The notes beneath the pieces are model-generated. The model made no database searches. It had not been told where the DNA came from and saw only the letters and a program-made list of their open reading frames with translations. The translations under genes were made by a program, and so were the position numbers. From Phoronis australis (taxonomy: Eukaryota; Animalia; Phoronida), in the NCBI GenBank assembly GCA_002633005.1, contig NMRA01000300.1, positions 160,022-224,021 on the forward strand: a stretch of 64,000 nt of DNA, in the 5' to 3' direction. Position 1 is the first letter of the stretch. Every line of letters starts with the position of its first letter. Positions 1 to 11,785 of the stretch are shown here, piece after piece.

Positions 1-690
1 AGTGTTTGAGATGGACCGGGCTGCTGGTAATTTTTTCAATACACATATTGTTTGAAATGGACCTTTCTGCTGGTCCCTTCCTCAATACACATAATCTTTG
101 AGATGGAGGGGGCTGCTGGTCCATTGTTTGAGATGGACCGGGCTGATGGTCCATTGTTTGAGATGGACCGGGCTGCTGGTCCTTTTCTCAATACACATAC
201 TGTTTGAGATGGACCGGGCTGCTGGTCCTTTTCTCAATACACATACTGTTTGAGACGGACCGGGCTGCGGGTCCCTTTCTCAATACACATACTGTTTGAG
301 ATGGACCGGGCTGCTGGTCCTTTTCTCAATACACATACTGCTTGAGACGGACCGGGCTGCGGGTCCCTTTCTCAATACACATACTGTTTGAGATGGACCG
401 GGCTGCTGGTCCTTTTCTCAATACACATACTATTTGAGACGGACCAGGCTGCGGGTCCCTTTCTCAATACACATACTGTTTGAGATGGACCGGGCTGCTG
501 GTCTTTTTCTCAATACACATACTGTTTGAGATGGACCGGGCTGCGGGTCCCTTTCTCAATACACATACTGTTTGAGATGGACCGGGCTGCTGGTCCTTTT
601 CTCAATACACATACTGTTTGAGACGGACCGGGCTGCGGGTCCCTTTCTCAATACACATACTGTTTGGGATTGAACGGGCTGTTGGTCTTA
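1..690. repeat. 46-bp tandem satellite with alternating A/B variants (92-bp higher-order period)
   Basis: The unit AATACACATACTGTTTGAGATGGACCGGGCTGCTGGTCCTTTTCTC recurs every 46 nt (TTCTCAATAC at 185 and 231). It alternates with the variant ...GAGACGGACCGGGCTGCGGGTCCCTTTCTC. Both ends are degenerate. Confidence 0.95.
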
Positions 691-1066
691 TTCTCATCAC
701 TGTGAACCAATCACTAGGGTGACGAGTTGTTATGCTCGTGCGCCTGGCGAAGGAGAATAACGGACTATTCACACCGTTCGGACTTTCACTGCACGTGACC
801 TCATGCCTTCCAAAGCTGGACGGTTAGCGGGTTTCTACAATCGTAAACTTGTAACATAGCTCGCAGCACACTTAGGTCGATTTTGGTCATAGAGATGAAA
901 TGTTTAGGTTTTCATTTAAAAATAAATAACAACTTTATAAACACCACCGAGCACTACTTTGGAATACCTCCCTTCAAACTCGTATATAATAACTAGGCTT
1001 TTTCAACCAGTAAAATTATATGCTTTCTGAAACAATGAAGTTCAGGTTTTATATTTATGCACCATC

Positions 1067-1080
1067 ATTATTATTATTAA

Positions 1081-1120
<40 letters not shown>
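1067..1120. repeat. (ATT)n microsatellite
   Basis: Direct reading of the sequence. Confidence 0.95.
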
Positions 1121-1307
1121 ACGTTAACCCATCTTTTAATTTAATTTTTTATTTTTAAGAAAGGTACATTCATGTCAGCACTCCTGGCCAGTTACTTGTG
1201 ACATTGCTGCTCAGTGGAACTCATGTTTCAGCCCGAACTTTGTTGAACCTTTGCTACGGTTTTTCTGTTTTGCAGAGCTATAGTATGGAAATGATACCAT
1301 ACTTAGG

Positions 1308-4020
1308 ATGAGTACCATTAAATTCCTTTCTGTTAACTGCAAGGGGCTTCAGAACTACCAAAAGAGAAAAGATGTTTTTAAGTTCCCCAGGGACAAAAAT
1401 GCTTCAATATAATGTTTGCAAGACACTAATTTCTCTGCAAAGGATGTCAACATTGTTCGCTCGCAGTGGAGTTTCCAGTTTGTGCACAGTCCTGGAACAA
1501 ATAATTCTAGAGGTACTGCAATTCTCTTTAACAAATAACTTTGAGTACAAACTAAAAAGCATTTTATTGATCATAAAGGGAACCTTATAGTTAGTGAAAT
1601 ATTTTCAATGAACCGTTTCAAGGTTGTACTTGTAAAGTTATATAGACCAAACGCTGACAGTCCGAACTTCTTTGAAAAGGTCCAACAATTGATAGTTGAT
1701 ATGGATTTGGATTTTGGTATTCTATGTGGTGATTGGAATCTCGTGCAGAATTTTGATATAGATTGTGTCAATTATAAAAATATTAATAACCCCAATGCCA
1801 AAAACGCAGTTGAAGTCATGAAAAAGGTTTTAAGTTTAACAGATCCCTGTTTGTAACCCAAACGCTACTGGCTACACATGGCGTAAATTGAACCCTGTCA
1901 AAAAGTCAAGATGAGAATTTTTTCTCGTTTCGGATGAACTTTTGTCACTTATAAACAGAACGGAGATAATACCTGGCTATAGAACTGACCATTCAATGGA
2001 TACAACTACCATACAACTTAATAATTTCTCATCTGGTAAAGGGTTTTGGAAATTTAATTCATCAGTCCTCCAAGTCATAGAATATATACAGAAAGTTAAA
2101 GAGATTTTTTACGAAGTGAGAAAAGAATATGCAGCACTGGTTTACAATTTTGACAACATAAATCAGATACCGGATGGTGAACTATATCTTACTATTGAGG
2201 ACAGTTTATTTCTTGACTTCCTTTTGATGAAAGTGAAGGAATTTACTATTTGCAATTGTTCCAGAAAGAAAAAAAAACAGATATCTGTTAAGAAAGCCCT
2301 TTTGGCAGTCCAAATTCAATTATTGCATGATTTTTTAATCATCACCATGATGATTTTTTGAGTAATATTTTCAATGATCTTCAATCTCAGCAACAGGAAC
2401 TCCAAGCACACGAACTTAAAGGCTCTTTCTTAAGATCACGTGCTTACTGGATTGAACATGGCGAGAATCAAAAAAATATTTTCGTGGACTTCAGAAAAGA
2501 AATTTTGTTCAGAAGAACATTAACAGTTTGATTGATACAAACGGTCAAACATTATGTGATCAGAATGATATACTGAAGTCAATACGGACCTTCTATTTTG
2601 ACCTTTGCAAATGTAAAGATACAGAACTTGACAATATTAATCTTCATGATTATTTGGACACATTTATTTCCCCAGACTGTAGCATACTGAGAGTACCTTA
2701 CTTGACCAAGATGTGACTATGGAGGAGGTTGAAGGCATACTTAAGAAAATGAAAAATAAGTCACCCGGTTCAGACTTTGAGATTGATAGGGTCGCTAGAA
2801 GAGTTATTATACAAAATTATGAAAATGGCGGCCTTAAAATGGCGGCCTTAAAATGGCGGCCTTAAAATGGCGGCCTTAAAATGCCTCTCGTCACATCCTT
2901 TATTAAAAACTTAAAATTTACCTGGATAAGAAAAAGTTTTGAAAATAGGGATAACGCCAATGCGTGGATCCGGTTGTTGGATTATTTGCCAGATAATTCT
3001 TTGGAATTGTTAAAATTTGGTGATTATTACTTTAAATGTCTTTTGTTGAAAATTAAAAACCCATTTTGGAAAGACGTTTTTCAATCGTTCTATGATTTAC
3101 AGCTACATGTAATAATAAATAATGGTAAACCATTATCTTTGCAGCCATTGTGGTATAACAATAATGTAATGATTGGTGGAAAAACGGTATTCTATAAGAG
3201 GTGGTTTAAGAAAGGTTTTCATAGTGTGACTGACTTGATTCATCCCTAAGGGCGACTTATTAATTATACTGAATTTTGTAAAAAGGCTGGCTTTGTCCCC
3301 TTTTAATGAATTTTCGGCATTCACCAGACCATTCAAAAGACAGAACACAGTTTTGATTACAAACAAAATGTTGTGTTATTACCATTATGGTCCAAAGTGT
3401 ATGAAAATATAACTAGATCTCCAAAAAGCATTAATTACTTTTATGATTTATTTGTTAAATATCAGTACTGTAAACCTTCTTCAGAAGTAAAATGGAATTT
3501 AAGCTTAAGAATGACCAATGAAAGTATGGATTGGGATTTCATAAATAGTGCTAGTGGCAAGTATACTGATACAACAATGAGGTGATTTAATTATAGAATT
3601 GTACATGTACATAACATTCTTCCAACAAAATGTTTTCTCAAAAATTGGTATTATAAACTCAAATCTATGTTCTTTCTGCAGTCTCAGAATCAATTATACA
3701 TTTGTTCTGGGAGTGTACATGTGTTAAAATTTTGTGGCAGAAATTACTAATTTGGCTCAAGCAGATTTTTCACATCAATATGAATATTTCCGCAAAAGAG
3801 GTTTTGTTAGGTTTTTGCAATAAAAGTTTGTTTGTACATGATCTCATGTTTTGCTTAAAGAATATATTATTATAGGTGAAAATTTAAGGAAGCTGTACCT
3901 ATTTTTGATAATTTACGGGTTTATATCATAGATTTTTGTAAAGTTGTACCTGATTTGTAAACAAAATTTTGAGTTGGAGCGACATTTAAATACGTGGAAA
4001 GATCTTGCATATTTGATTTA
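1308..4020 (+). pseudogene. LINE ORF2 pseudogene (APE endonuclease, RT core deleted, C-terminal CCHC-type zinc finger)
   Basis: APE and linker motifs: MSTIKFLSVNCKGL, ILCGDWN, GYTW, GYRTDHS, GKGFWKFNSS. Pre-RT KSPGSD is fused to post-RT DRVARRVIIQNYENGGLKM. Later motifs: PLWYN, LCSFC...HLFWEC. Multiple frameshifts and stops. Confidence 0.9.
2822..2883 (+). repeat. 14-bp tandem repeat (AAAATGGCGGCCTT x4) inside the LINE
   Basis: Perfect copies start at 2822, 2836, 2850 and 2864. Confidence 0.95.
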
Positions 4021-5046
4021 GACTCTCTTCCTATCATACTTGGTATTTAGTGTTGTTATTTGTGACTCAGTGTGCACACTTGCTATGTATATATGTTTGT
4101 AATATGTTTTTCTGCAAAAATAAAAATAGAAATAAAAATAAAAAAAATAAAAAGGTACATTCATAGCAAAACAACCCCTTGGGTCGATATTAATAAAACA
4201 TTTTTTAAATGAAAACTTTGCCATTTGCCTCATAACCGCTGTTAAGAATTTTCGATTAGTTTTTTTCCGTTTCATGGTTTCTATGACAAATCAACTCGCT
4301 AAACGTAAGCTATTTTTGTAAAAAATTGCAGTCGTATTCGTCTTTGTTACACAACGCAAAAACTAGGTATTTATATCGAAAATCCTAAGTGTTTTGAGAT
4401 TGATGAATAAATATCAAGTTTTGAAAGGTTCAGCGAAATCCACCGAGCCGTTTTCGAGAACTCGCTTTCCTAATTTAAAATTATGTCAGTTTGCCGAAGC
4501 CGAGAAAAAAACAATTAAGTAGTGAGAGGTGAAAGCCTTCGGTTAGTAATTACTCGGTGAAAACTTGTTTTCGACCAGTATAACCTAAATATGATTGAAC
4601 ATGTTCGCTTTTTCATAATTCACGCGCAATGTCAACTGAATTTGCAATGAGTAATTAACTTAATTATCACAAAAACGTTTAATAATCCAAGTCGATTTCC
4701 AATGCATCGAGTCAAACTAGGTCATGTAGGTGGAACCTACGTATTACGTGGGTCATGGTGGTGCATTGTGGTCCATATTAAGGTAGGTCAACAGTTCCCT
4801 GTTATACACACCACGCGCCGACAGACTGATATGAAATGGATAGCAGAAATCGAGTCGGTGGTTAAAGCGCGTCGTGAAAATGAGATCGAGACAGCGAAAT
4901 GTCAAACTACATATAAAATTAAGGAATTTGGGTGAGGATTTATCTCTTTTTCACAGACTTTCTGTGTTTGTGAACACAAAATCACAGTGTTGTGAGGCGA
5001 CTCGTAGCATTCGCTCTCTGCACCTAAAATAAGTAAGGATACCTAC

Positions 5047-5190
5047 GCGAGTCATGCACTCGACGAATGAAACATTTTCCACTTCTGCAACCAGGCGTCG
5101 CCACTTGTTGGATTAGATTCTTGTTGCTAAAACTGCACGCTTGAAATGAGCCCGCCAAACCGACCTCATAAGTACAGTCGTAACATCTGT
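5047..5190 (-). CDS. Probable exon of a Ly6/uPAR (three-finger, quiver/sleepless-like) Cys-rich protein, possibly pseudogenised
   Basis: Strong acceptor ttttccttttcacag, then RCYDCTYEVGLAGSFQACSFSNKNLIQQVATPGCRSGKCFIRR (CYxC start and Cys spacing of LU domains). Candidate donor c|gtaggt gives a 144-nt phase 1-1 exon. Confidence 0.5.
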
Positions 5191-5781
5191 CTGTGAAAAG
5201 GAAAACTGATGTAGTGTGCAATTAACAACTGGTACTCAGCAGTGACCACTTTCAACCATTGTACACTTTGAAATAACCAGTGAACCCTGAGCTGTATTGA
5301 AGCTTAAAAAATAGTTTCCATGGGAACTTCGACCTTGCAATTTTTTTTTGACCTTTTTCACCTCATTCACACGCGTGTAATGGAGTTTGGCGAAAAATGA
5401 CTAAATTTTGAAAATTACAGACATAAACATTGCGCCAACATTAATGCTTTCTGACAATAATTCAAACTCACGTTGAAACACAAAAAGGCGACCGAAGAAG
5501 GAAAACTAACAGTAAAATTAAACGTTTTAATCACACTTCCACTGACAGAATATAAACTACATTTAATCACAAAAATGTCTGGACTTATTTGTACATTAAT
5601 GCTGTGGTGAATTGAAGTTTTGAAGCTGTTTGTATACGAAACAAAGGACTGTGTTATTTTGTTAACAAAAAGTTTGTGAAGTAAAAATTGTGAGACAAAT
5701 AGTCCGAAAGGGGTAGGAAAAAGCCGACATGAAATCAAGATTTGTTTTTGACGACTTTTGTCAGAGATGCCCCCCACGTCA

Positions 5782-6013
5782 CATGCGCGCACCCGGGGGC
5801 ACCAGGAGCTCGAAAGAGCCCCCCCCCCCTATTTGGCGAAGTGGGCAAAAGGGTCCGCCTCAGAGAAACAAAAATTCTGAAAAAGTAGAAAAGGAGGCTT
5901 ATGTCCACTAAAAAGGCAGAAATTAGGCGATTGCACGTAACCCCTTCTTAGTAAAAGGTCAACATTCTCAAAAAAATTGAGCCCCCCTACTTTGTAGGGT
6001 GGGTGCACGCATG
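5782..6013 (+). mobile_element. MITE family 1 (termini CATGCGCGCACCC...GGGTGCACGCATG)
   Basis: 13-bp near-perfect TIR. Related copies at about 34668-34865, 38495-38725 and, inverted, 57276-57540 share the GGTCCGCCTCAG / AAAAAGTAGAAAA core. Confidence 0.75.
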
Positions 6014-6369
6014 CGTTGCAACCAGTACACGTTACAGGGCCATACTATAAGCACCAATTAACAGACAAATTCAAGTTCGTCTGTGNCCCCCCCCCCCCCC
6101 CAATTCCTACACGACTGACTTTAATTCCCTGACTTCCTGTGATGTTCATATTAAAGTAGTAAGTCCTTTAATACATTCAATTCTAACACTGTTGAAATAA
6201 TTTGGGAGAGCCCCGTGAAAATATAGAGCACAAATTTGCGATATCCTGAGTTTGTAAGACATGTAACAGGCATTATATGGACATTTATCAACATTTACCA
6301 AGTTTTAGTTTGAATCCTCTAAATTGTTTTTTATATTGCAATTGCAAGAGCATTGGACTGGTGTAATAC

Positions 6370-6462
6370 TCACACACAAACACACACGCACACACGCAAA
6401 CACACACACACACACACCGCGCGCGCACGCGCGCGCACGCACGCACACACATATTCACACAT
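6370..6462. repeat. (CA)n/(CG)n compound microsatellite
   Basis: Direct reading of the sequence. Confidence 0.9.
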
Positions 6463-7051
6463 GTAAATTACCAAGTATATTGTGTGCTCAATGATCGGAA
6501 TTGTTGCGGAACACGTATGTTAAATATCTTGCACCCAAATCTCCTATCTAGTCTGTCCGTTCACTCAGTACTTTATGTCATTGAGATGTTAATCATAAAA
6601 GTTGACTGACAATTCAGACCAAAGTCAATGATCATGAAGTTAAGACCACAATGTTCGCACACGAGTCAAACACTGTACTCTTTCGGCGTCTTTTGAAAGT
6701 TGCACAAAATGAATTTGAAAGCAAATCAGCTGTATTAAAACACATCCGCAAAATAGAACCTCCCAACACGATTCTTTTAAAGATAAAAAGAACTTAATAT
6801 TCACATTTTTGTAATTCTACTTACAATTCGCCCATTGAAGCATTAGCAATTGGATTTATCAGGGTCCTGGAACACTCCGAACAACACTCTAGTGGATATT
6901 TTGCATGCACACACAATTTTATTGTCTTCCTTCTCATGGTCATGTGTAGCTATAGTTTTGTTTTGAAGCTACTTTAAAACAGACTAGCAATGGGGACCTG
7001 ACTCTGGTATCCGCTGTAGATATAAAAATTAAACCGCGGACACCAGCTACC

Positions 7052-7197
7052 CGTTCAGTAACGCTAGGACCTCGCCAAAAAGCCAGACTTCGCGAGATTA
7101 CGTGAGATGTTGCCGTGTGTTTTAAATGAGAACACGTGACTTTGACTAGGTTTTAGCTAGCCAAGGTCCTAGCGTAGGTCCTAGCGTCTACTGAACG
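7052..7197. mobile_element. Small inverted-repeat element (MITE-like)
   Basis: CGTTCAGTA-ACGCTAGGACCT at the left is mirrored by AGGTCCTAGCGTCTACTGAACG at the right. Confidence 0.6.
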
Positions 7198-7386
7198 CAC
7201 GCCAGAAATAGGATTCTAAGTCCTTGGTAATGATGTTATTTGCAGCGCCCTCTCCTGTTGAATGTATTCTGTTCTTTTTTTAGAAAATATGCAACCTAAA
7301 ACATGAAAACTAGTTAAATTATGAATTACATGTATGGCATTTAGTCATATAAGAAAAAAAGAAAATATTCAGATGGAAGTACTCAC

Positions 7387-7438
7387 GAAATGCTACAGCT
7401 GAGGACACACTGATTAGAAAGGTAATTTGAACTTCCGT
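7387..7438 (-). pseudogene. Candidate signal-peptide exon (ACG in place of ATG) for the Ly6-like exon at 5047-5190
   Basis: Reads (T/M)EVQITFLISVSSAVAF and ends in a phase-1 consensus donor C|gtgagt, compatible with the phase-1 acceptor at 5190. Confidence 0.35.
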
Positions 7439-9527
7439 TCAATTGTGAAAGTTTGTGCGAGCAATAATTACTTCTGTGCTACTGTTGTTCACGAAATTGT
7501 TTTAGAAACGCAAAGACTCACCTGTTCGTGTTGTTTTTGTAACATTACACCGACGTGCAATATAGAGCAAGACGTGGCTTCACCACTGAACCTTCAGCTA
7601 TTTTTACAACACCATAAATTTAACAGCAAATGGTGATGTTATGCGAGTGTATTTTTCAATTTTGTAATGGCAAATTTAGAATTGCACCTACTCGCGTCAT
7701 CTAGGAAGCATTTAAGTGCCGCGGCTGCTCCCAGCAGAAAATAGGTTTGACCGTTTACTGCCATTGCTTAGGTTATCCTATAGATGGCGATAGCGCAGCT
7801 AAATCATTCTTGTTAATGTGCCAAGTTAACAGCAGGCGTCACAGGTGTTAATTTTCGTTAGTTACATTATAAATTAGACACTTGGTTTAACCATTCTCTC
7901 TCCACCCACACGCAATCACACATCATAGCTATGCCACCTATTGAATTAAAGACGTACTAATTCTGACAAAGGCTTCAAGAGATATCGTTTTGTTTCCCAG
8001 GAAAAACAATGAGCGCGTTTTATAGACTATTAGAAAAAAACCGCTTCGACACACTATTTTGGACAATCGCCAGCAAAGCGTATTACTATTTTTATTGTAA
8101 TGATCACTCTGTGAAAAGTCGGTCAATGTCGTTGGGATGTCGTGGGTCACCTGAAAATCCAGATGTATTTCCGCTACGGGTATAGGGAGCGACCTAACAG
8201 TAACTCGGTTAATCAATAAAATGGTTCCTTACCTATCTTCTGTTATAAAAGCAATTACGAATCTGCTTTGCTCATTCCATATATGTGATTTATTCCAAGT
8301 CGGTCAGTGGTTCGTTGGAGGTATAGCTAAAAACCAATTTCATTTAAGTTCGAAATTAAATGTAGTCAAACAAATTATGTTGAATGCTTTAATACGCTGT
8401 TTTCCATTAAACTCTTACCGTAGAAATCTTTTCAGAAAGTTAGTCTGAACAATAAATCTCTTATAATTTACTAAAGACAAATAGGAAGCCCGCAGAATTT
8501 AATTTTGGACAGCGTATCACTTTTCCATTGAGCTCATTTTACCATATCCTTTTGCAGTGATGGATCTACGATACTGAACGCCAGAGGGGGCGGTGCAATT
8601 GTAATTTTCGCCGGAACCCAAAAAAAATACGGCATGCCAATTTGTTTTTTTGGGTCGTGTCTGTAGGTGTTGACCATCTGACCCATACATTTTAGTTGAA
8701 TTTTGCAAAAATTACACGCTCATAACATAACAACAATATCATTTACATTTCCAAATTCCTTTAGATATAAATAAACAAAAAGAATGTCCACGACATTAAC
8801 ACATTTTCTAAGTCATCACTTCGATTCTCGGGAATTTTGTGCAAGTTTTGAGCAATTTATAAAAACACTAAACATCCCAATGTTTGAACAAAACAACTAA
8901 AGTTTTTCCTTAGTTGCGGGATGCAGCAAAAATAGTGCTTTAGTTCGGTGTAGTATAGTGTTAGTTCCGAATGGAAAACGTAAAACATAGATGACGGTAC
9001 AAAATTGTGATATACGGGAAACCATAAAATGTTGACGTTTTTAACATCTCCGAACCAATGAGTTTAAGGGTAAACAGACGTGACTGTTGTGCTGGTACTG
9101 TCGCGAGTTAACTATGCGTGACCTGTAGTGTTTTGTCAACGGGTAAAATGTCACAATATCACAACAAAACCTTTTCAGACCTATTGTCAAAATTATAGTT
9201 TGTTGAAAGTCAACAGATATGTTACGTTTCAAAATCTCTACAACACGGCGACTGTTCCCGTGCTCTCGCTAACATCTCTTTTGGAGAGAGCCAAACTTCA
9301 ACTTACTTCGCATTCCCAGTCCTTCTCAAGACCAGATACTGTTTCTAAACTGACCATTACAACAGAACGAACACAACTAGGTCTAAACTCTTTAGTTTTT
9401 CTCTCACATCGCGTCTTTGAGGGTATTGACAACCACATGCCATTAAAGATTGCTTTAAACATTGATTATAAAACACGGTTTGTGATACCATTAACTTTGA
9501 CGTTCTGACGATGACACACGTACTCAC

Positions 9528-9830
9528 TTTTCGGTGACGTAACAGGACTGCACTCATGCACCTTCAGTGGTGTGTTGCGCACGCACAGTTGCGCATTTTC
9601 GCCACATATCCCCTTATGCCTGCCTCGGACGTACCAGTAAACCCACTCGACGAACGGTGAGCTTGGGCCAATGGCGTGTTCTAGGTACACAGCCGTCCCT
9701 ATCGGGCAAATTTTCTTTTGTGGTTTCAGAATGTAGTTGCCGTAGACGTCGCGTTCACCCGTGTAGACACATCGCCAGTAGATGCAACGGTCGATAGCGT
9801 CGGGGATGAAGTCCCCTACACTAATGCAAC
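9528..9830 (-). CDS. Symmetric phase 1-1 exon encoding a chitin-binding type-2 (CBM14/peritrophin-A)-like Cys-rich domain
   Basis: Acceptor acactag| and donor a|gtgagt bound 303 nt of open frame: CISVGDFIPDAIDRCIYWRCV...KKICPIGTAV...GICGENAQLC...HEC. The C..(aromatic)xxC...CPxGT pattern resembles CBM14. Confidence 0.55.
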
Positions 9831-10139
9831 CTAGTGTGTAAACATTCAACAATTACTAATTTCCACATATGCAGGAGCCTTATTAAGAAAGTTTTCCATC
9901 TATCAAACGTTATTAAAAATACAAATGTGATTAGTTTTGTTTGTTCCCTTTTCAAAATCATGACTAGCATCAATAAAAGTACATGGGACCGAATTTCGTA
10001 CTTACACCAATACGGTTTGTGATTTACATGAACAATAAAAGGATGCTAAACCCAGTTTTTGCCTATTATCAAAGTACAACTTTGTTACATTTACAACTGG
10101 ACCACTGAACTTTGGTCTGTAAGAGAGATGAAAGGGAAA

Positions 10140-10223
10140 TGGAAAGAGAGGGAGGGATGGGTGGAAGGGAGAGGGAGGGNNNNNNNNNNNNNNNNNNNNN
10201 NNNNNNNNNNNNNNNNNNNNNNN

Positions 10224-10265
<42 letters not shown>
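10140..10265. repeat. Purine-rich/(GA)n microsatellite spanning an assembly gap (N 10181-10222)
   Basis: Direct reading of the sequence. Confidence 0.9.
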
Positions 10266-10267
<2 letters not shown>

Positions 10268-11611
10268 AATCTAGTGTACAATACAACTTAATATAAAATA
10301 TAAGATGACAATGATTACACGCTATTCATACATTGGACTTACGTTGAAAGACTGACTTATGATATCAATACCATAAATACTTAAACATATAAACTTGGCA
10401 CCTTAGTAACAATAGGGTGTAACATATCAACACTCCACAGAATGCAATGCGTTAATGGTCTCAGTAAGTGGTAATTACGTGTTCGTGTATGTTTGTGAGT
10501 GCATGTGTTCGTGTATGTGCGTTTTGACTGTTTATAGTAAGTTTAGGTATCAATTGTTGAGTTATTTCTCTGAGAGAACTGAGTTATCATGTGTTGCTAG
10601 TTTTGGTGACATTTAACAACCGTTCGTTGATTGAAAACCATGCAAGTGTGTGTTGTTGATTTCAGTTTCGTTGTTTGTTGGTTTTGTACACGAAGGTGTA
10701 TTTATAAGAAGAATAAATGCTGGACTCTAGTTGTGCCTTACAATGAGTGTGGGTCTAGCATTTACCATCTATTGTGTCAAATGCTTTTGAAAGATCTAAA
10801 ATATGACTTTGGGGTTTATCCCGGTGTTCAGATGTCCGTTAATTCTGTCAGTTACTTCGAATGTTGCAGGTTTTGTTTATCTTAATTTCTGAAAACCATA
10901 GCGATGCTCATACAAGGGATTGTACACTGTACTGAGTCATAGAACTCTGAGATGCCAAGTCTCGTACGTGACTTATGTATTCTATAATCAGGGCTTGCGA
11001 CCCCGAGACGAGCCGCTAGAGTTTGTATGCTCAACTGAGTTTTGACCAAGAGCTGTAGTTATCAAATCAAGTCGAATTCCATTACTTCATTTTCCTTTTT
11101 TGGCATTTTGTTCATCAAGCGAAACTCTTGATGTACGATTCCAGACAACCAGCAATTTCCCGACAAAATTAATCAACAAACCCGACAATTACATACTTCA
11201 TTCTTTGTATGCACCGACCTTTGGCCCAGGCGGCTTCAAACCGGGAATTACCTACCTACAAGTGGCGAAAGCGTAGTTTGAATGCTCACTTACGTCAAAA
11301 ACTATGTTAAATTCTGCCCAAGTTAAGACTGAAATCCAAAACCGACTTTGTGTTTATGAAACGGTATCTTCTGAAGTTTCGTCCTCGGTAAAAACTTAGC
11401 CCGAATTTCGGTTATCACATGGACAATTTCTTTAGTCTTAGGTCAATTTCGATGAAACGGGCCAGCGTGTGTCATTTACAGCCGTTTTTAAACAAATAAC
11501 TTATCCTGCCGAAAACGCGGAATTTCGTAATAATATTTTGGTCTAACTTGATGGTATTATTTTGCATCTGATTTCTACGGTTTCCCAAAGATAGCATCGC
11601 GCGTTTCTTTT

Positions 11612-11785
11612 TTAATTATCTCAGGATATCCACATCCCGAATTAATTATCTCAGGATCTTGAGATCCCGATTTAATTATTTTGGGATCTCAGGATCTCGA
11701 GATCCTGGCTTATTTATCTCAGAATCTCGAGATCCTGAAGTTCCGGATCTCGAGATCCTGAAGTTCCGGATCACGAGATCCTGAC
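11612..11785. repeat. Degenerate short tandem repeats built on the GATCTCGAGATCC palindrome
   Basis: Repeated TCTCAGGATCTCGAGATCCTG / GAAGTTCCGGATC units. Confidence 0.7.

Larger units (their letters stand above)
1174..4150 (+). mobile_element. 5'-truncated, degenerate L1/Tx1-clade non-LTR retrotransposon with 14-bp target-site duplication
   Basis: AAAGGTACATTCAT occurs at 1160-1173 and again at 4151-4164, directly after an A-rich tail (4115-4150). ORF2 remnants lie inside. Confidence 0.9.

Noticed and set aside
1-690. CRISPR-like array of hairpin-containing repeats
   Set aside because: The units are contiguous with no unique spacers, there are no cas genes, and the context is eukaryotic; it is a satellite.
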